This document shows, piece after piece, positions 18,041-28,327 of a stretch of 60,907 nt of DNA. The notes under the pieces were generated by a model. The model had not been told where the DNA came from. It saw only the letters and a program-made list of their open reading frames with translations, and made no database searches. The stretch is from an uncultured Bacillota bacterium (GTDB lineage: Bacteria > Bacillota_I > Bacilli_A > RF39 > UBA660), in contig CAMOSR010000002.1 of the NCBI GenBank assembly GCA_946625165.1, positions 1 to 60,907 of the forward strand. Direction: 5' to 3'. Within the stretch, counting starts at the first letter, position 1; each line of letters opens with the position of its first letter. A program made the position numbers and the translations under genes.

Positions 18041-20176
18041 TTACTTGGAAATTTCAAAGTATTTTTTGGAAACTCTATCGGCTAATCTCTTATTTATAGC
18101 TGATTGATGACTTATTCTTCCGTTATTATGTGATATGTCTGGCGAAATTATAGTAAATGTTACTCTTGGATCATCGTAAGGAGCATAGGCAACAAATGTT
18201 GTACTGATAGTTTCGGTATCAACTACTCCATCATTATTTGTATCAACAAAGCTTTGACTAGTTCCGGTTTTACCAGCCGCCCTAAATACTGGATCGATAT
18301 ATCCTTTTCCTGTTCCATAATCTATGACGGCTTTAAAGCTTTCTCTAATGCGCTCCATATATTCTGGTTTTGTGTCTACGGTATTTAATTCTTTTTCATT
18401 AGTGTCTGAAGTTTCACCATATAAATTTTTAAATAAGTGAAGTTTCATTCTTTTACCACTTGTCGCAATTGTTCCTATGTATTGTGATAATTCAAGTGGT
18501 GTATAGTTATCATACTGTCCAATTGAGAAATCTAGTAAATGGCCTGGGGCCGTATCAGTTCCTTTATAGCCTGTGCTTTCTTTTGGAAGGTCTATTTCGG
18601 TTTTTATGCCTAGTCCAAACTGTTTAAAGGTGTTTCTATATGTGTTAAAGGCTTCTTTATCTATGACAAGCGGTTTATTATATTTATAATTTCCTTTACC
18701 AACTTTTATAGCGGTGTAGTACTGGTAAGTGTTTGACGAATAAGCAATAGCTGTAATGTCATTTAATCTTCCTAGACTTTTCCATGAACATTTTTCTGGA
18801 GTAGCAGCTATTTTAACGCAGTTGTCATATCTTACTTCACCTATTTTTAAAGCACCAGTATTATATCCTACTGTTTGCGAAGCGCCTTTAACAACTGAGC
18901 CAGCAACTACCGGTGATGTTAAAACTCCTGGTGTATAATCAATGACTTGGAGCTTTCCGTTTTCTTCTTTGACTTGTTTGCCAGTCATTGCTAGTATTTC
19001 TCCAGTCTTAGGGTTTGTGATTATAACAAATGATCTATTATAGTGTTCAGTGTTGGGCTCACTTTTAGCACTTAAAACTTCTTCTGCAAGTATTTGTTCA
19101 ACTTCTCTTTGTAGTTCTATATCTATTGATATAGTTATGTCATTTCCTCTTTTACCTTCTTCAATCAATCTATATGAACCATCATTTTCAACTTCGTATT
19201 TGTTTTTCTTTCCTTTTAAAATGTCTTCATATTGATACTCTAAATAACTTGTTCCTACCCTATCGTCTAGACTATAGCCTTTTTCTAAATAATAGTCTTT
19301 TAATTCTAATGGTATTCCACTTTTACTACTTGAAACGGTTCCAAGTAAGCTTTTGAAAGTATCACCATAAGGATATGATCTTTCCCAGGCTAATTTTGTG
19401 TTGATTCCTTTTAAATCACTTAAATTTTCCGATACCAAAGCATATTCTTCATCACTTACATCTTTACTTTTGATTACTTTTTCGGCGTATGAATAGCCTG
19501 TATTCATAAGGGTATATATGTATGCGGCTTTTTTGTCTTTTTCATTGTATGCTTTAAGGTCTTCGTCAGTTACTCTTTCAATTTTTAGTTTGTATATATC
19601 ATCATTTGTAAGTTTTCTTTCTTCTAATTTTTTCCACTCTTCTTTAGTAATTTTTTCGTTGGCTTTTTCTTTATTGTTTTTTATCCAAAAATTTTTGAAA
19701 TCATAGTCATTTATTTTGATTTCTAAGTCAATCATATCAGCTAATTTATATGCTGTTTTGATTTCATCTTTGGTAGTAACTTTAGTTGGTTTCTTATAAT
19801 AGATTACTTTTAATGGAGTATTGTCGACAATTAGTTTTCCATTTCTATCATATATTCTTCCTCTTGGCGCTGATTCGCCGTAAATTATTTTTTTAGTAAG
19901 TGTTTTTAACTGTTTTTTATACTTATCATTTTCAATCACTTGAATAAAAAATAATGTTATCAATAGTATTAATAAAAATAGAATGACGATAAAAGTAAGA
20001 ATATTATAACGTTTTTCTATTTCTACTTTGATGTCTTTATTCTGTTTATATATACTGTAATTATATGTTGTTCTTTTTTTACTTAGTCTTAATGATGACT
20101 TTTTCTTTTTCTTATATGGTTTCTTACGTTTTTTGGGCGTATATATACTTTTTTTTCGTTTGAAAATATTTATCAT
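18041..20176 (-). CDS. Class B penicillin-binding protein (PBP2/FtsI/SpoVD-like transpeptidase)
   Basis: One TM helix, a dimerisation domain and a transpeptidase domain with a KTGT motif (AAGKTGTSQ). It has an unusual ~55-aa Lys-rich cytoplasmic N-terminal tail. Confidence 0.85.
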   Translation of the reverse strand: MINIFKRKKSIYTPKKRKKPYKKKKKSSLRLSKKRTTYNYSIYKQNKDIKVEIEKRYNILTFIVILFLLILLITLFFIQVIENDKYKKQLKTLTKKIIYGESAPRGRIYDRNGKLIVDNTPLKVIYYKKPTKVTTKDEIKTAYKLADMIDLEIKINDYDFKNFWIKNNKEKANEKITKEEWKKLEERKLTNDDIYKLKIERVTDEDLKAYNEKDKKAAYIYTLMNTGYSYAEKVIKSKDVSDEEYALVSENLSDLKGINTKLAWERSYPYGDTFKSLLGTVSSSKSGIPLELKDYYLEKGYSLDDRVGTSYLEYQYEDILKGKKNKYEVENDGSYRLIEEGKRGNDITISIDIELQREVEQILAEEVLSAKSEPNTEHYNRSFVIITNPKTGEILAMTGKQVKEENGKLQVIDYTPGVLTSPVVAGSVVKGASQTVGYNTGALKIGEVRYDNCVKIAATPEKCSWKSLGRLNDITAIAYSSNTYQYYTAIKVGKGNYKYNKPLVIDKEAFNTYRNTFKQFGLGIKTEIDLPKESTGYKGTDTAPGHLLDFSIGQYDNYTPLELSQYIGTIATSGKRMKLHLFKNLYGETSDTNEKELNTVDTKPEYMERIRESFKAVIDYGTGKGYIDPVFRAAGKTGTSQSFVDTNNDGVVDTETISTTFVAYAPYDDPRVTFTIISPDISHNNGRISHQSAINKRLADRVSKKYFEISK

Positions 20177-20229
20177 ACTTTTATCACCTTACTTTCTTTT
20201 ATTCATATAATTTTGTATAAGGAGGAATT

Positions 20230-20490
20230 ATGCGTTTTATCATTAAGGAATATATAAACAAAATTTCCACTCAAGATATATTAAATTTTGGTTTAGAAAA
20301 TGATGTTCCTTTAGACGAGAGGGACGCTGAAGTACTACACTTCTATTTAAAAAATAATTGGGAGGATCTTTTATATGGAAGTCCTTTACCAATTATTAAC
20401 AAAATAGAAGATAAGCTTGGTAAAACTAAAAGCAAGATCATAAGTGATTTATTTTATATGTATAAAGAAAAATATAAAGATTATTTATAA
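20230..20490 (+). CDS. DUF2624 (YqfT-like) small protein
   Basis: 86 aa. Convergent with nfo, as yqfT is with yqfS in Bacillus. AAGGAGG Shine-Dalgarno. Confidence 0.4.
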   Translation: MRFIIKEYINKISTQDILNFGLENDVPLDERDAEVLHFYLKNNWEDLLYGSPLPIINKIEDKLGKTKSKIISDLFYMYKEKYKDYL

Positions 20491-21392
20491 TAATTTCTTA
20501 TACTTTCTAAAAATTTTTCATTAAATTTTTTGTTTCTAATCATTTCGATTTCAAATTTATATGGTGGATAAGTGCGATCTTTTCCACCGTCTATACTTAT
20601 ATACGGAGTTTCTAGTATTTTAGGAACTTTTTTTAGTCTTTCGTTATAGATTATATTTATTAAGTTTTCAAAGCCAATGGTTCCAATTCCAATGTTTTCA
20701 TGGCGATCTTTATGAGCACCTTTTTCATTTTTACTATCATTTATATGAATGCATCCGATTTTTTCTATGCCTATTATTTTTTCAAATTCATCTAATAGTT
20801 CATCGAATTTGGTAACGTCATAGCCGGCGTCATTTAAGTGGCATGTATCTAGACACACCATTAGTCTTTGATTGTTTTTAACGTTTTTGATTATGGTATT
20901 TAGTTCCTCAAATGTCTTTCCAAGTTCCGTCCCTTTACCGGCCATAGTCTCTAAGCAAATGATTGGACCTTCTTTTTTGTCTAAAACTAGGTCTAGGCCT
21001 TTGGAGATGTTTTCTAACCCTTTTTCTTCTCCGACTCCAACGTGGCTTCCTGGGTGAAGGACAATCTTATCTATGCCGAGGCTTTCAGCTCTTTTTATTT
21101 CTTGTTTCAAAAAATTTACTGCAAAATTAAATTTGTCTTCGTCTTTATCGTTAGCTAAATTGATAATGTATGGGGCATGAATAATAATGTTTTTTATATC
21201 TATTTGTTCTTTTTCCATTAGTTCTTTAGCTTCTTTAGTTTTTTCCTGATTTATTGGCGCTCGAAAGGTATTTTGAGGGGCTCCTGTATAAAACATAAAT
21301 GTATTTTCATCGTAGCTTAATGATTCCTTGACGCTTCCAAGCAAGCCTTCCTCTTTAGTAAATGACACGTGGCTTCCAATTATTAGTTTCAT
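20481..21392 (-). CDS. nfo: Endonuclease IV (deoxyribonuclease IV)
   Basis: Contains IGSHVS, HAPYIINL, VLHPGSH, DTCH and HINDS, the metal ligands. Confidence 0.92.
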   Translation of the reverse strand: MKLIIGSHVSFTKEEGLLGSVKESLSYDENTFMFYTGAPQNTFRAPINQEKTKEAKELMEKEQIDIKNIIIHAPYIINLANDKDEDKFNFAVNFLKQEIKRAESLGIDKIVLHPGSHVGVGEEKGLENISKGLDLVLDKKEGPIICLETMAGKGTELGKTFEELNTIIKNVKNNQRLMVCLDTCHLNDAGYDVTKFDELLDEFEKIIGIEKIGCIHINDSKNEKGAHKDRHENIGIGTIGFENLINIIYNERLKKVPKILETPYISIDGGKDRTYPPYKFEIEMIRNKKFNEKFLESIRNYYK

Positions 21393-21426
21393 AAAATCAC
21401 CTAAAAATATAATACCACATTTTATA

Positions 21427-21759
21427 TTATTCGCCCACTAATTTTGATAAAACTTTGAAACTTTCATTTATGATTTTTCGGACTCCTTTTTCTAACGTGC
21501 CTGAAAGTGACAGGCCAGCTTTCGATATTTTGTTTTGATAGTTTTTATTATTGATTTGAATATATTTGGTGACGTCGACGTTTTTACCACTATTGACATC
21601 TTCTTCAAACTGTCTTATTTGTTCATTGGTAAGAGCTACTTTTTGACTATTTTTATATTCGAAATAACCTGTACTTTGTGATGTGTATAGAGCAAAAAAG
21701 GTTATAAAACTTGTCAGCAATAAATATTTAAATATTTTATTTTGTTTTTCATGTTTCAT
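21427..21759 (-). CDS. YqxA-like (DUF3679) small membrane protein
   Basis: 110 aa with one N-terminal TM helix. It sits directly after spoIIP, the same position as yqxA in the Bacillus gpr-spoIIP-yqxA locus. Confidence 0.4.
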   Translation of the reverse strand: MKHEKQNKIFKYLLLTSFITFFALYTSQSTGYFEYKNSQKVALTNEQIRQFEEDVNSGKNVDVTKYIQINNKNYQNKISKAGLSLSGTLEKGVRKIINESFKVLSKLVGE

Positions 21760-22711
21760 TTATGTATTCTCCTATTATTGGGGCGATTAAGTCTATAGTA
21801 TTTAATACTTCATCAATTTTATTTTGATGGGATCCAATTTCCATTAGGGTAATTTTAGGACTTAAATCTTGGTTATAAATACCGTTGCTTCCTTTACCTC
21901 CTTTGGTGATAATGCCTCTAGTTAAATCTGGGTATTTTTCTTTAATTTTATCATTAATAATATTTGTCATTTTTAAATTTTCTTCATAGGTTTCATATTC
22001 TTCACCAATTACGAATAATATTTTAGCGCATGGCTTACCGTTTATGATGGTTGTTGATTTGTCTTTAGGCACCGAATCTCTATGAATGTCGATAATTAGT
22101 TTTAAATCTTGGTTATTTTCTAGTGCCTCTTTTAAGAATTTTCGGCTGGCATTATAGCTTTTACTGTATTTCATATTATTTAAATTTAAATAGTCTGTTA
22201 TGTTATCTTCCATGACTAAGGCTTTGACATTGTAATCGGCTAGTTTATTTTGAAAAATGTAAGATGCCATCATAACGCCTGGGGTTATGTTATAACCTTC
22301 TAGCGCTTTTCCTTCATATGTTTCACCTTGATGGGTATTATAAAGGTAAACTTCTGGTTCTTTATCTATTTCTTTTACTTCGGCATTTGGATTACTGACA
22401 TAAGCCATTTCTTTAGTGTTTTTTATTTTACTTTCTTTTAGATGAAATATATTTTCTAACATGGTTTCTGGTTCGTTGACGTTTAATATTTTAGAAAAGG
22501 CTTTAGTAAATAAATTACTAGCTTTTTTTTCATATAGCATGTGATAATTAGAATCGATAAGTAAAGCTTTCACAAATGATTCATTATTACTTACTAATTT
22601 TAAATTCATTATTATGTTAAATGAAAGCTCATAGCCTAAAAAAATAATAAAGGCGTACCCTATTAATCTATATTTAAATCTTCTTTTCTTCTTGAGTCTT
22701 GCTTTTTGCAT
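21749..22711 (-). CDS. spoIIP: Stage II sporulation protein P
   Basis: N-terminal TM helix, then YNTHQGETY and IDIHRDS, amidase-like motifs typical of SpoIIP. AAGGTGAT Shine-Dalgarno before the ATG at 22711. Confidence 0.85.
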   Translation of the reverse strand: MQKARLKKKRRFKYRLIGYAFIIFLGYELSFNIIMNLKLVSNNESFVKALLIDSNYHMLYEKKASNLFTKAFSKILNVNEPETMLENIFHLKESKIKNTKEMAYVSNPNAEVKEIDKEPEVYLYNTHQGETYEGKALEGYNITPGVMMASYIFQNKLADYNVKALVMEDNITDYLNLNNMKYSKSYNASRKFLKEALENNQDLKLIIDIHRDSVPKDKSTTIINGKPCAKILFVIGEEYETYEENLKMTNIINDKIKEKYPDLTRGIITKGGKGSNGIYNQDLSPKITLMEIGSHQNKIDEVLNTIDLIAPIIGEYINET

Positions 22712-22792
22712 ATTTATCACCTTTTCCACATTATATGTTTTTCTTTTTAAATAAAATGTAGAAAAAAAGGAAAATTATTTTTCCTTTTATAA

Positions 22793-23797
22793 CTAAATGT
22801 TTTTATGTAAAGCGTTGTTTATTCCTTCACTAATTAGCTCTGAAAGTTTATCTATGATAAAGTCTTCTTCTTTAGGTGTTACCATTAGATTATAGCCGAT
22901 TGGGGTTAAAACTTCATATATAAGTGATTTTGTTTCATCTTCATTTAAGGATCCGATAATTCCTAAAAGTTTTTCTTTGTCTTCTAGCTTTATTTTTGCT
23001 TTATTACTGTATTTTAAATAGTTTACATTAAAGGTTAATTTGTTTTTTGGCCTATTGTAGTTGTCTTTTTGATAAGCAAAGTGTGAATACATATAATTAA
23101 TGGTGTCATTTACAATTGAGGCGGCGTCAACTACGGTTGGAACACCAATTGCAATTACGGGAATGCCTAATATATCTTTGCTGATTTCTTTTCTTTTGTT
23201 GCCTATTCCACTACCGGGGCTTATGCCACTATCAGAAATTTGAATGGTTTTGTTTACTCTTTCAACTGAGGAGCTAGCTAAGGCGTCTACTACTATAATA
23301 AAATTTGGCTTTATAGTGTTTGTAACTTCTTTTATTAGGTCGCTTGTTTCTATTCCGGTTTCTCCCATAACTCCAGGAGCGATGGCGCAGACTCTTCTAA
23401 AGCCTTCTTCTAAATTTCCATATAAATATAGATGATTAGTAACTAATGTTTTAGAAATAACTAGTGGTCCAAGAGAATCTGGGGTTGATTTTTCATTGCC
23501 AAGACCGATAATTAAGCATAAATCAGTATCTTTTATTCTTAAGCTTTCTAGCATTTTTTTTAGTTCTTTCATAAAAACGGTTTTAACTTTGTCTTTATTT
23601 TCATAATCTGTAATATCAGCAAATTCAATGGTGATATAATTTCCTTTCTTTTTTCCTATTTTTTCTGCTTCGTTTTCATCTAGTTTAATATTAGTAATTT
23701 TAATACCGTTATCTTCTATTTGTGTATGGTTTGTGGTTAGTTCAATTGCCAGATCAGTCCTCACTGCGCTATTTTTTAAATCTATTTCATGGCTCAA
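22793..23797 (-). CDS. gpr: Germination protease GPR
   Basis: Contains VRTDLAIE, IGLGN and VDAL. Probable TTG start at 23797, placed 4 nt after GAGAGGTGAT. Confidence 0.88.
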   Translation of the reverse strand: MSHEIDLKNSAVRTDLAIELTTNHTQIEDNGIKITNIKLDENEAEKIGKKKGNYITIEFADITDYENKDKVKTVFMKELKKMLESLRIKDTDLCLIIGLGNEKSTPDSLGPLVISKTLVTNHLYLYGNLEEGFRRVCAIAPGVMGETGIETSDLIKEVTNTIKPNFIIVVDALASSSVERVNKTIQISDSGISPGSGIGNKRKEISKDILGIPVIAIGVPTVVDAASIVNDTINYMYSHFAYQKDNYNRPKNKLTFNVNYLKYSNKAKIKLEDKEKLLGIIGSLNEDETKSLIYEVLTPIGYNLMVTPKEEDFIIDKLSELISEGINNALHKNI

Positions 23798-23902
23798 ATT
23801 TATCACCTCTCTTTTTATTTTTAACAAAAAATCAACTTTTTATTGCATTTTTATTGGAAATTTGCTAAAATGTATATACGAATGGACTTTGGAGGTGAAA
23901 TT

Positions 23903-24166
23903 ATGGCCAACTTAAAAAACGCGAAAAAAAGAATTTTAGTTAACGAAAAAAAAGAAGTACGTAATAATAACTATTTAGCAAGTACAAAGACAGCTGTTAA
24001 AAATACTTTAAGAGCTATTGCTAAAAAAGATAAAAAAGAAGCTGAAGCTAATTTAAAAATTGCCATTAAGAGAATTGATAAGGCTACAGGCGCTAATGTA
24101 TTAAATAAAAATACATCTTCAAGAAAAAAATCAAGATTAACTAAGAAAGTAAATGCAATGGAGTAA
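23903..24166 (+). CDS. rpsT: 30S ribosomal protein S20
   Basis: Starts MANLKNAKKRILVNEKKEVRNNNY. GGAGGTG Shine-Dalgarno. Divergent from gpr, as in Bacillus. Confidence 0.93.
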   Translation: MANLKNAKKRILVNEKKEVRNNNYLASTKTAVKNTLRAIAKKDKKEAEANLKIAIKRIDKATGANVLNKNTSSRKKSRLTKKVNAME

Positions 24167-24196
24167 TTTACTTTTTTTATTAAAGGGGAATGCTAT

Positions 24197-25126
24197 ATGA
24201 AGAAAAAAGAAATTCTTAGTACTATAGTTTTGTGTATATTTTTAATATTTGTATATACTTATAGGGCTGATATTGTAAAGGTAATAGTTCAAAAAGCTAT
24301 GCAGCACGAAAAACTTGCCTTACCTTTAGCGAATAATTATACTGATCAATTTAGTTTTCAATTTGTAAAGAAAACTGATGAATTTCATATTAAAAGTTAT
24401 CAAGGGATGCTTGATGCGATATACACTATTTTAGAAAATGGCGTGGATGAATTTTCTTTTTACTGTGACGGAACTTATGACAATTGTATGAATGACTTCG
24501 AGGATATTTCGCATAATCAAACATTACTTTCTACTATAAACAATATGGTATCGCCTTATAATAGTTACGAAAAGGTTTATTTTAAATTTAATTCTTATGG
24601 AAAAATTACGATGAGCATCGATAAATTATATTCTAAAGAAGAAATTGAACTTATAGAAGGTAAAATAGATGAATTTATAAATTCTAATATTAGTGATGGT
24701 ATGAATGTAACTGAAAAAATTAATGCTTTTCATGATTATTTAATAAATAATAGTGTTTATGATAAATCTAGGGCTGATGCCATTGAAAGTGGTAATGATA
24801 CTTCTAATTCTAATTCACATAAAGCAAATGGTCCTTTAATTGATGGTATAGCTTTATGTAGTGGATATAGTGATGCGATGAAAATATATTTAGATAAATT
24901 AGGAATTCCAAATTATAAAGTGTCTAATAAAAATCATATTTGGAATTTGGTAAATATAGATGATAAATGGTTACATTTAGATTTAACTTGGGATGATCCT
25001 GTTACTAATACTGGAGAAAATATTTTGTTGTATAAGTTTTTCTTAGTAGATACTGATACTTTATTAAAGTTGGATCCTAATGGGCACAATTTTAATAAAG
25101 ATTATTATCCAGAAATAAGCCACTAG
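24197..25126 (+). CDS. Transglutaminase-like (Cys-His-Asp) domain membrane-anchored protein
   Basis: N-terminal TM helix, then ALCSGYSDAM, NHIWNLV and LDLTWDDP. Confidence 0.7.
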   Translation: MKKKEILSTIVLCIFLIFVYTYRADIVKVIVQKAMQHEKLALPLANNYTDQFSFQFVKKTDEFHIKSYQGMLDAIYTILENGVDEFSFYCDGTYDNCMNDFEDISHNQTLLSTINNMVSPYNSYEKVYFKFNSYGKITMSIDKLYSKEEIELIEGKIDEFINSNISDGMNVTEKINAFHDYLINNSVYDKSRADAIESGNDTSNSNSHKANGPLIDGIALCSGYSDAMKIYLDKLGIPNYKVSNKNHIWNLVNIDDKWLHLDLTWDDPVTNTGENILLYKFFLVDTDTLLKLDPNGHNFNKDYYPEISH

Positions 25127-26334
25127 ATGGCTTTTTCTAGTGGCAATGTTACAGTTACTGTTGTGTATTTTCCTTCTTTTGATTCATATTTTAACTTTCC
25201 TTTATGGGCATTAATTATTTCACTAGAAAGTGATACTCCTAGACCGGTTCCTTTTACTTTTGTGGTGTAGAATGGTTCTTTTATTTTATTTAAAATTTCT
25301 TTAGGTATTCCTACTCCATTATCTTTAACATAAATGTTGATGTTTTCTTTATCTATTTGGGTCCAAATTTTTATTTTGGCATTATTATTTTTTTCTGAAG
25401 CTTCAATACTGTTTTTTAAAATGTTTATAAATACTTGAGTTAATCTATTATAGTCACCGTTAATATATATTTCATCTTCAGATATTTCAGATTCTAACTT
25501 AATACCGTTTTTTATAAATAGCATATTCATATTATTTATTACTTCTTCTAGTAATAGATTTATATCTAAAATATCTTTATTTATTTTTTGTTTATTCATA
25601 GCTAAGAAATCTTCTAAAAGTATTAGTGTTCTATCGATTTCTTCTTTTAAAATTGGAACGTGTTTTTTAAAATCATCTATTTTATTTTCATTATACATAT
25701 CTAAATAACCTTTACAAACGGCAATTGGGTTTTTTATTTCATGGGTTATTTTGAAAAGTGATGTTTTAATTTGTTTATCGTTTTCAATTTCTTTGATACT
25801 TTTATGTAGTTTAAGCATATCTTCGGTTTTTTCTAGCAGGTATATAACAAAAATGGAGATAATATAAAGTAAGGCACTACTGTTTATAATTTCAAAATTT
25901 AGCTTTTGGTTTAATATAATTGTAAAAACTGTTTTTAATATACAAAAAATTGTAATGTAAGTATTAGGTTTATTTATTTTTAGTGAAATTAAGTAGTATA
26001 TTATGTACTCGGCTATTATAGTAAATATTAAATAATTACTATAGTACTGATAATAATATAAGAGTATTAATGCTGATGATGTAAATATAAGTGGTTTTGA
26101 TTTTTTTGTATATGAAATTAATAAAGGAATATCTATTATGAAAAGTGGCATTTTTTTATATAGAGAGTGTCCATATTTTATAGTAAAATAGATTTGAGAA
26201 AAAATGGTTAATATAAATATCAGATTGTTTTCTTCTTTGCTGAGTGTTTTGTTATAAGCTGTATATAATAGATATATCATTAGAGGCATAACAATTATAG
26301 TTACATCTAATAAAATATAATCAAATATTTTCAT
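25123..26334 (-). CDS. Orphan sensor histidine kinase with polytopic membrane domain
   Basis: About 6 hydrophobic helices. The H-box is ITHEIKNPIAV. The N and G boxes are NILKNSIEA, DNGVGIP and GTGLGVS. No response regulator lies next to it. Confidence 0.85.
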   Translation of the reverse strand: MKIFDYILLDVTIIVMPLMIYLLYTAYNKTLSKEENNLIFILTIFSQIYFTIKYGHSLYKKMPLFIIDIPLLISYTKKSKPLIFTSSALILLYYYQYYSNYLIFTIIAEYIIYYLISLKINKPNTYITIFCILKTVFTIILNQKLNFEIINSSALLYIISIFVIYLLEKTEDMLKLHKSIKEIENDKQIKTSLFKITHEIKNPIAVCKGYLDMYNENKIDDFKKHVPILKEEIDRTLILLEDFLAMNKQKINKDILDINLLLEEVINNMNMLFIKNGIKLESEISEDEIYINGDYNRLTQVFINILKNSIEASEKNNNAKIKIWTQIDKENINIYVKDNGVGIPKEILNKIKEPFYTTKVKGTGLGVSLSSEIINAHKGKLKYESKEGKYTTVTVTLPLEKAI

Positions 26335-26383
26335 TTTTATCACCTATTTTATTATAAGCAATGTTTCATGTCGAACTTTGTCG

Positions 26384-26420
26384 AAAAAAATAAGAAAATG
26401 GCGAATTTACGCATTTTCTT
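26384..26420 (-). terminator. Rho-independent terminator after the pilin gene
   Basis: On the minus strand, AAGAAAATG-(11 nt)-CATTTTCTT is followed by ATTTTTTT. Confidence 0.6.
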
Positions 26421-26429
26421 TAATTTTTA

Positions 26430-26792
26430 TTATCTGCATGGTTCTATTTTATAAGTATACTCATATTGATGATAAGTTTCATCGTATGTTATATTGATAC
26501 ATCCATCCATAGTTTTTTTGGTCTTAGGATTTAAAATTTCTCCGCTACTTAAGTATCCTTCTTTTTGTAATTGGTTGATGCATATTTGTTTACTTTCCTT
26601 TAAATTGTTTATATTACTTGACCCCCACCTTTTGGCGGCATCTATTATCATATCTTTTTGACGTTCACAAGCTTTTTGCCTAGATGTATTTACTACATTA
26701 ATAACTGAAGGTACTGCTATAGTTGCTATTATACTTAATATAATAATTACAGCGAGCAATTCTATGAGTGTAAAACCACTTTTTTTCATCAT
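26430..26792 (-). CDS. Type IV pilin / ComGC-like pseudopilin
   Basis: Reads MMKKSG/FTLIELLAVIIILSIIATIAVP. 120 aa with four Cys. Confidence 0.85.
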   Translation of the reverse strand: MMKKSGFTLIELLAVIIILSIIATIAVPSVINVVNTSRQKACERQKDMIIDAAKRWGSSNINNLKESKQICINQLQKEGYLSSGEILNPKTKKTMDGCINITYDETYHQYEYTYKIEPCR

Positions 26793-26806
26793 ATCACCTA
26801 TTTTAA

Positions 26807-26835
26807 ATTATACTTTAGGTCTCATTTACTGTCAA
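26807..26835 (-). promoter_or_regulatory. Consensus sigma-A promoter for the pilin gene
   Basis: TTGACA, a 17-nt spacer, then TATAAT, all exact. The -10 ends only 14 nt before the ATG. Confidence 0.65.
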
Positions 26836-26947
26836 TGATTAAAAGTAATATTCTACAAAGACTTCCATTTGTTTTAAATAACGTAATACTGTAATTGTAT
26901 TATTTATTTTTGCGTGTTAAAATATAAGTGTAATCCGAGGTGATTTA

Positions 26948-28057
26948 ATGAAAAGTGTCGGTATAATATGTGAATATAATCCTTTTCATAATGGACATAT
27001 TCATCATATAAATGAGGTTAGAAAACTTTACCCTGATCATATAGTCGTTTTAGTTTTAAGTGGTAATTTTACGCAAAGGGGCGATGTTAGTTTAATTAAT
27101 AAATGGAAAAAAACAGAGATTGCTTTAAATTATGTCGATTTAGTTATAGAATTGCCATTTGTTTTTGCAAGCCAATCAGCAGATATTTTTGCTAAAGGAG
27201 CTATAGATATTTTAAAAGCCTTGAAGGTAGAAGCAATTATATTTGGCAGTGAAAGCAATGATGTTAACAAATTAGAAAAGCTTGTTTTAATTCAAAAAAC
27301 TTCAGATTATAACAAACTGGTTAGAAAGTATTTAGATGATGGTTTAAACTATCCTACTAGTCTATCTAAAGCTTTAAGAGATCTTGGTGGTGATACCATA
27401 GAAGCGCCTAATGATTTATTAGGTTTTAGTTATGTAAAAGAACTTATTGATAATGATATTGAAGCTGTTACTATTAAAAGAACTAATGATTATTTAAGTA
27501 AAGATTTAGATTGTGAAATTACTAGTGCGACTAGTATTAGGGAAGCTTTAAAAAATGGGATTGATATTGGCAAGTATGTTCCTAGTGTTTGTTATAAATA
27601 TTTAGAAAAGGTTAAATTTTTAGATGATTATTTTGATTTAATTAAGTATAAAATAATTTCTGAAGATATATCTAGGTATCAAACAGTAGATGAAGGAATA
27701 GAAAACAGGCTTAAAAAAGTTATAAATGAGGTTAGTAATTTGGATGAGCTTATTAGTAAAGTTAAAACAAAACGATATACTTATAATAGAATTAAAAGGA
27801 TGCTTATACATATTTTAACTGGTTTTACTAAAGAAGAAGCTGGAAATATTAAAACTAAGTATATTAGAGTTTTGGGTTTTAATGAAAATGGTCAAAAATA
27901 TTTAAATAAAATAAAAAAGGAATGTGATATTCCTATAATTACTAATTTTGAAAAAAACATTGATTTACTTGATATCGAAGCTAGAGTAAGTAATATATAT
28001 AATCTAATAAAAAAAGATGATGATTTAAGTGAATATGAGCACACGCCTATCCACTAA
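26948..28057 (+). CDS. tmcAL: tRNA(Met) cytidine acetate ligase (UPF0348/YlbM family nucleotidyltransferase)
   Basis: Contains GIICEYNPFHNGHIHHI, plus the rest of the family architecture. Confidence 0.85.
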   Translation: MKSVGIICEYNPFHNGHIHHINEVRKLYPDHIVVLVLSGNFTQRGDVSLINKWKKTEIALNYVDLVIELPFVFASQSADIFAKGAIDILKALKVEAIIFGSESNDVNKLEKLVLIQKTSDYNKLVRKYLDDGLNYPTSLSKALRDLGGDTIEAPNDLLGFSYVKELIDNDIEAVTIKRTNDYLSKDLDCEITSATSIREALKNGIDIGKYVPSVCYKYLEKVKFLDDYFDLIKYKIISEDISRYQTVDEGIENRLKKVINEVSNLDELISKVKTKRYTYNRIKRMLIHILTGFTKEEAGNIKTKYIRVLGFNENGQKYLNKIKKECDIPIITNFEKNIDLLDIEARVSNIYNLIKKDDDLSEYEHTPIH

Positions 28058-28066
28058 TCATCTTTT

Positions 28067-28327
28067 TTATTCTTGATTTATAAAGTTTTCTTTAACGTTT
28101 TTAATGCCTTTTTTCAGTAATAGTGGTGCTATTTTTTCAATTAAATTAGTGTCTGTTACATTTACTAATTTATCTGTTTCTTTGTTTAATTTTAATAATT
28201 TTTGATTTTTATAGTCTTCTAAGTCAACTAAGTAAATATACATTTCTTCTTCATAAATGATATTGCTACAAACAGTATAAGTTTTTCCATCACTTAATCT
28301 TAATGTATCGTTTATTTTTATATTCAT
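28067..28327 (-). CDS. Small hypothetical protein
   Basis: 86 aa. Overlaps the stop of the upstream gene (ATGA-type coupling). No motif recognised. Confidence 0.4.
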   Translation of the reverse strand: MNIKINDTLRLSDGKTYTVCSNIIYEEEMYIYLVDLEDYKNQKLLKLNKETDKLVNVTDTNLIEKIAPLLLKKGIKNVKENFINQE

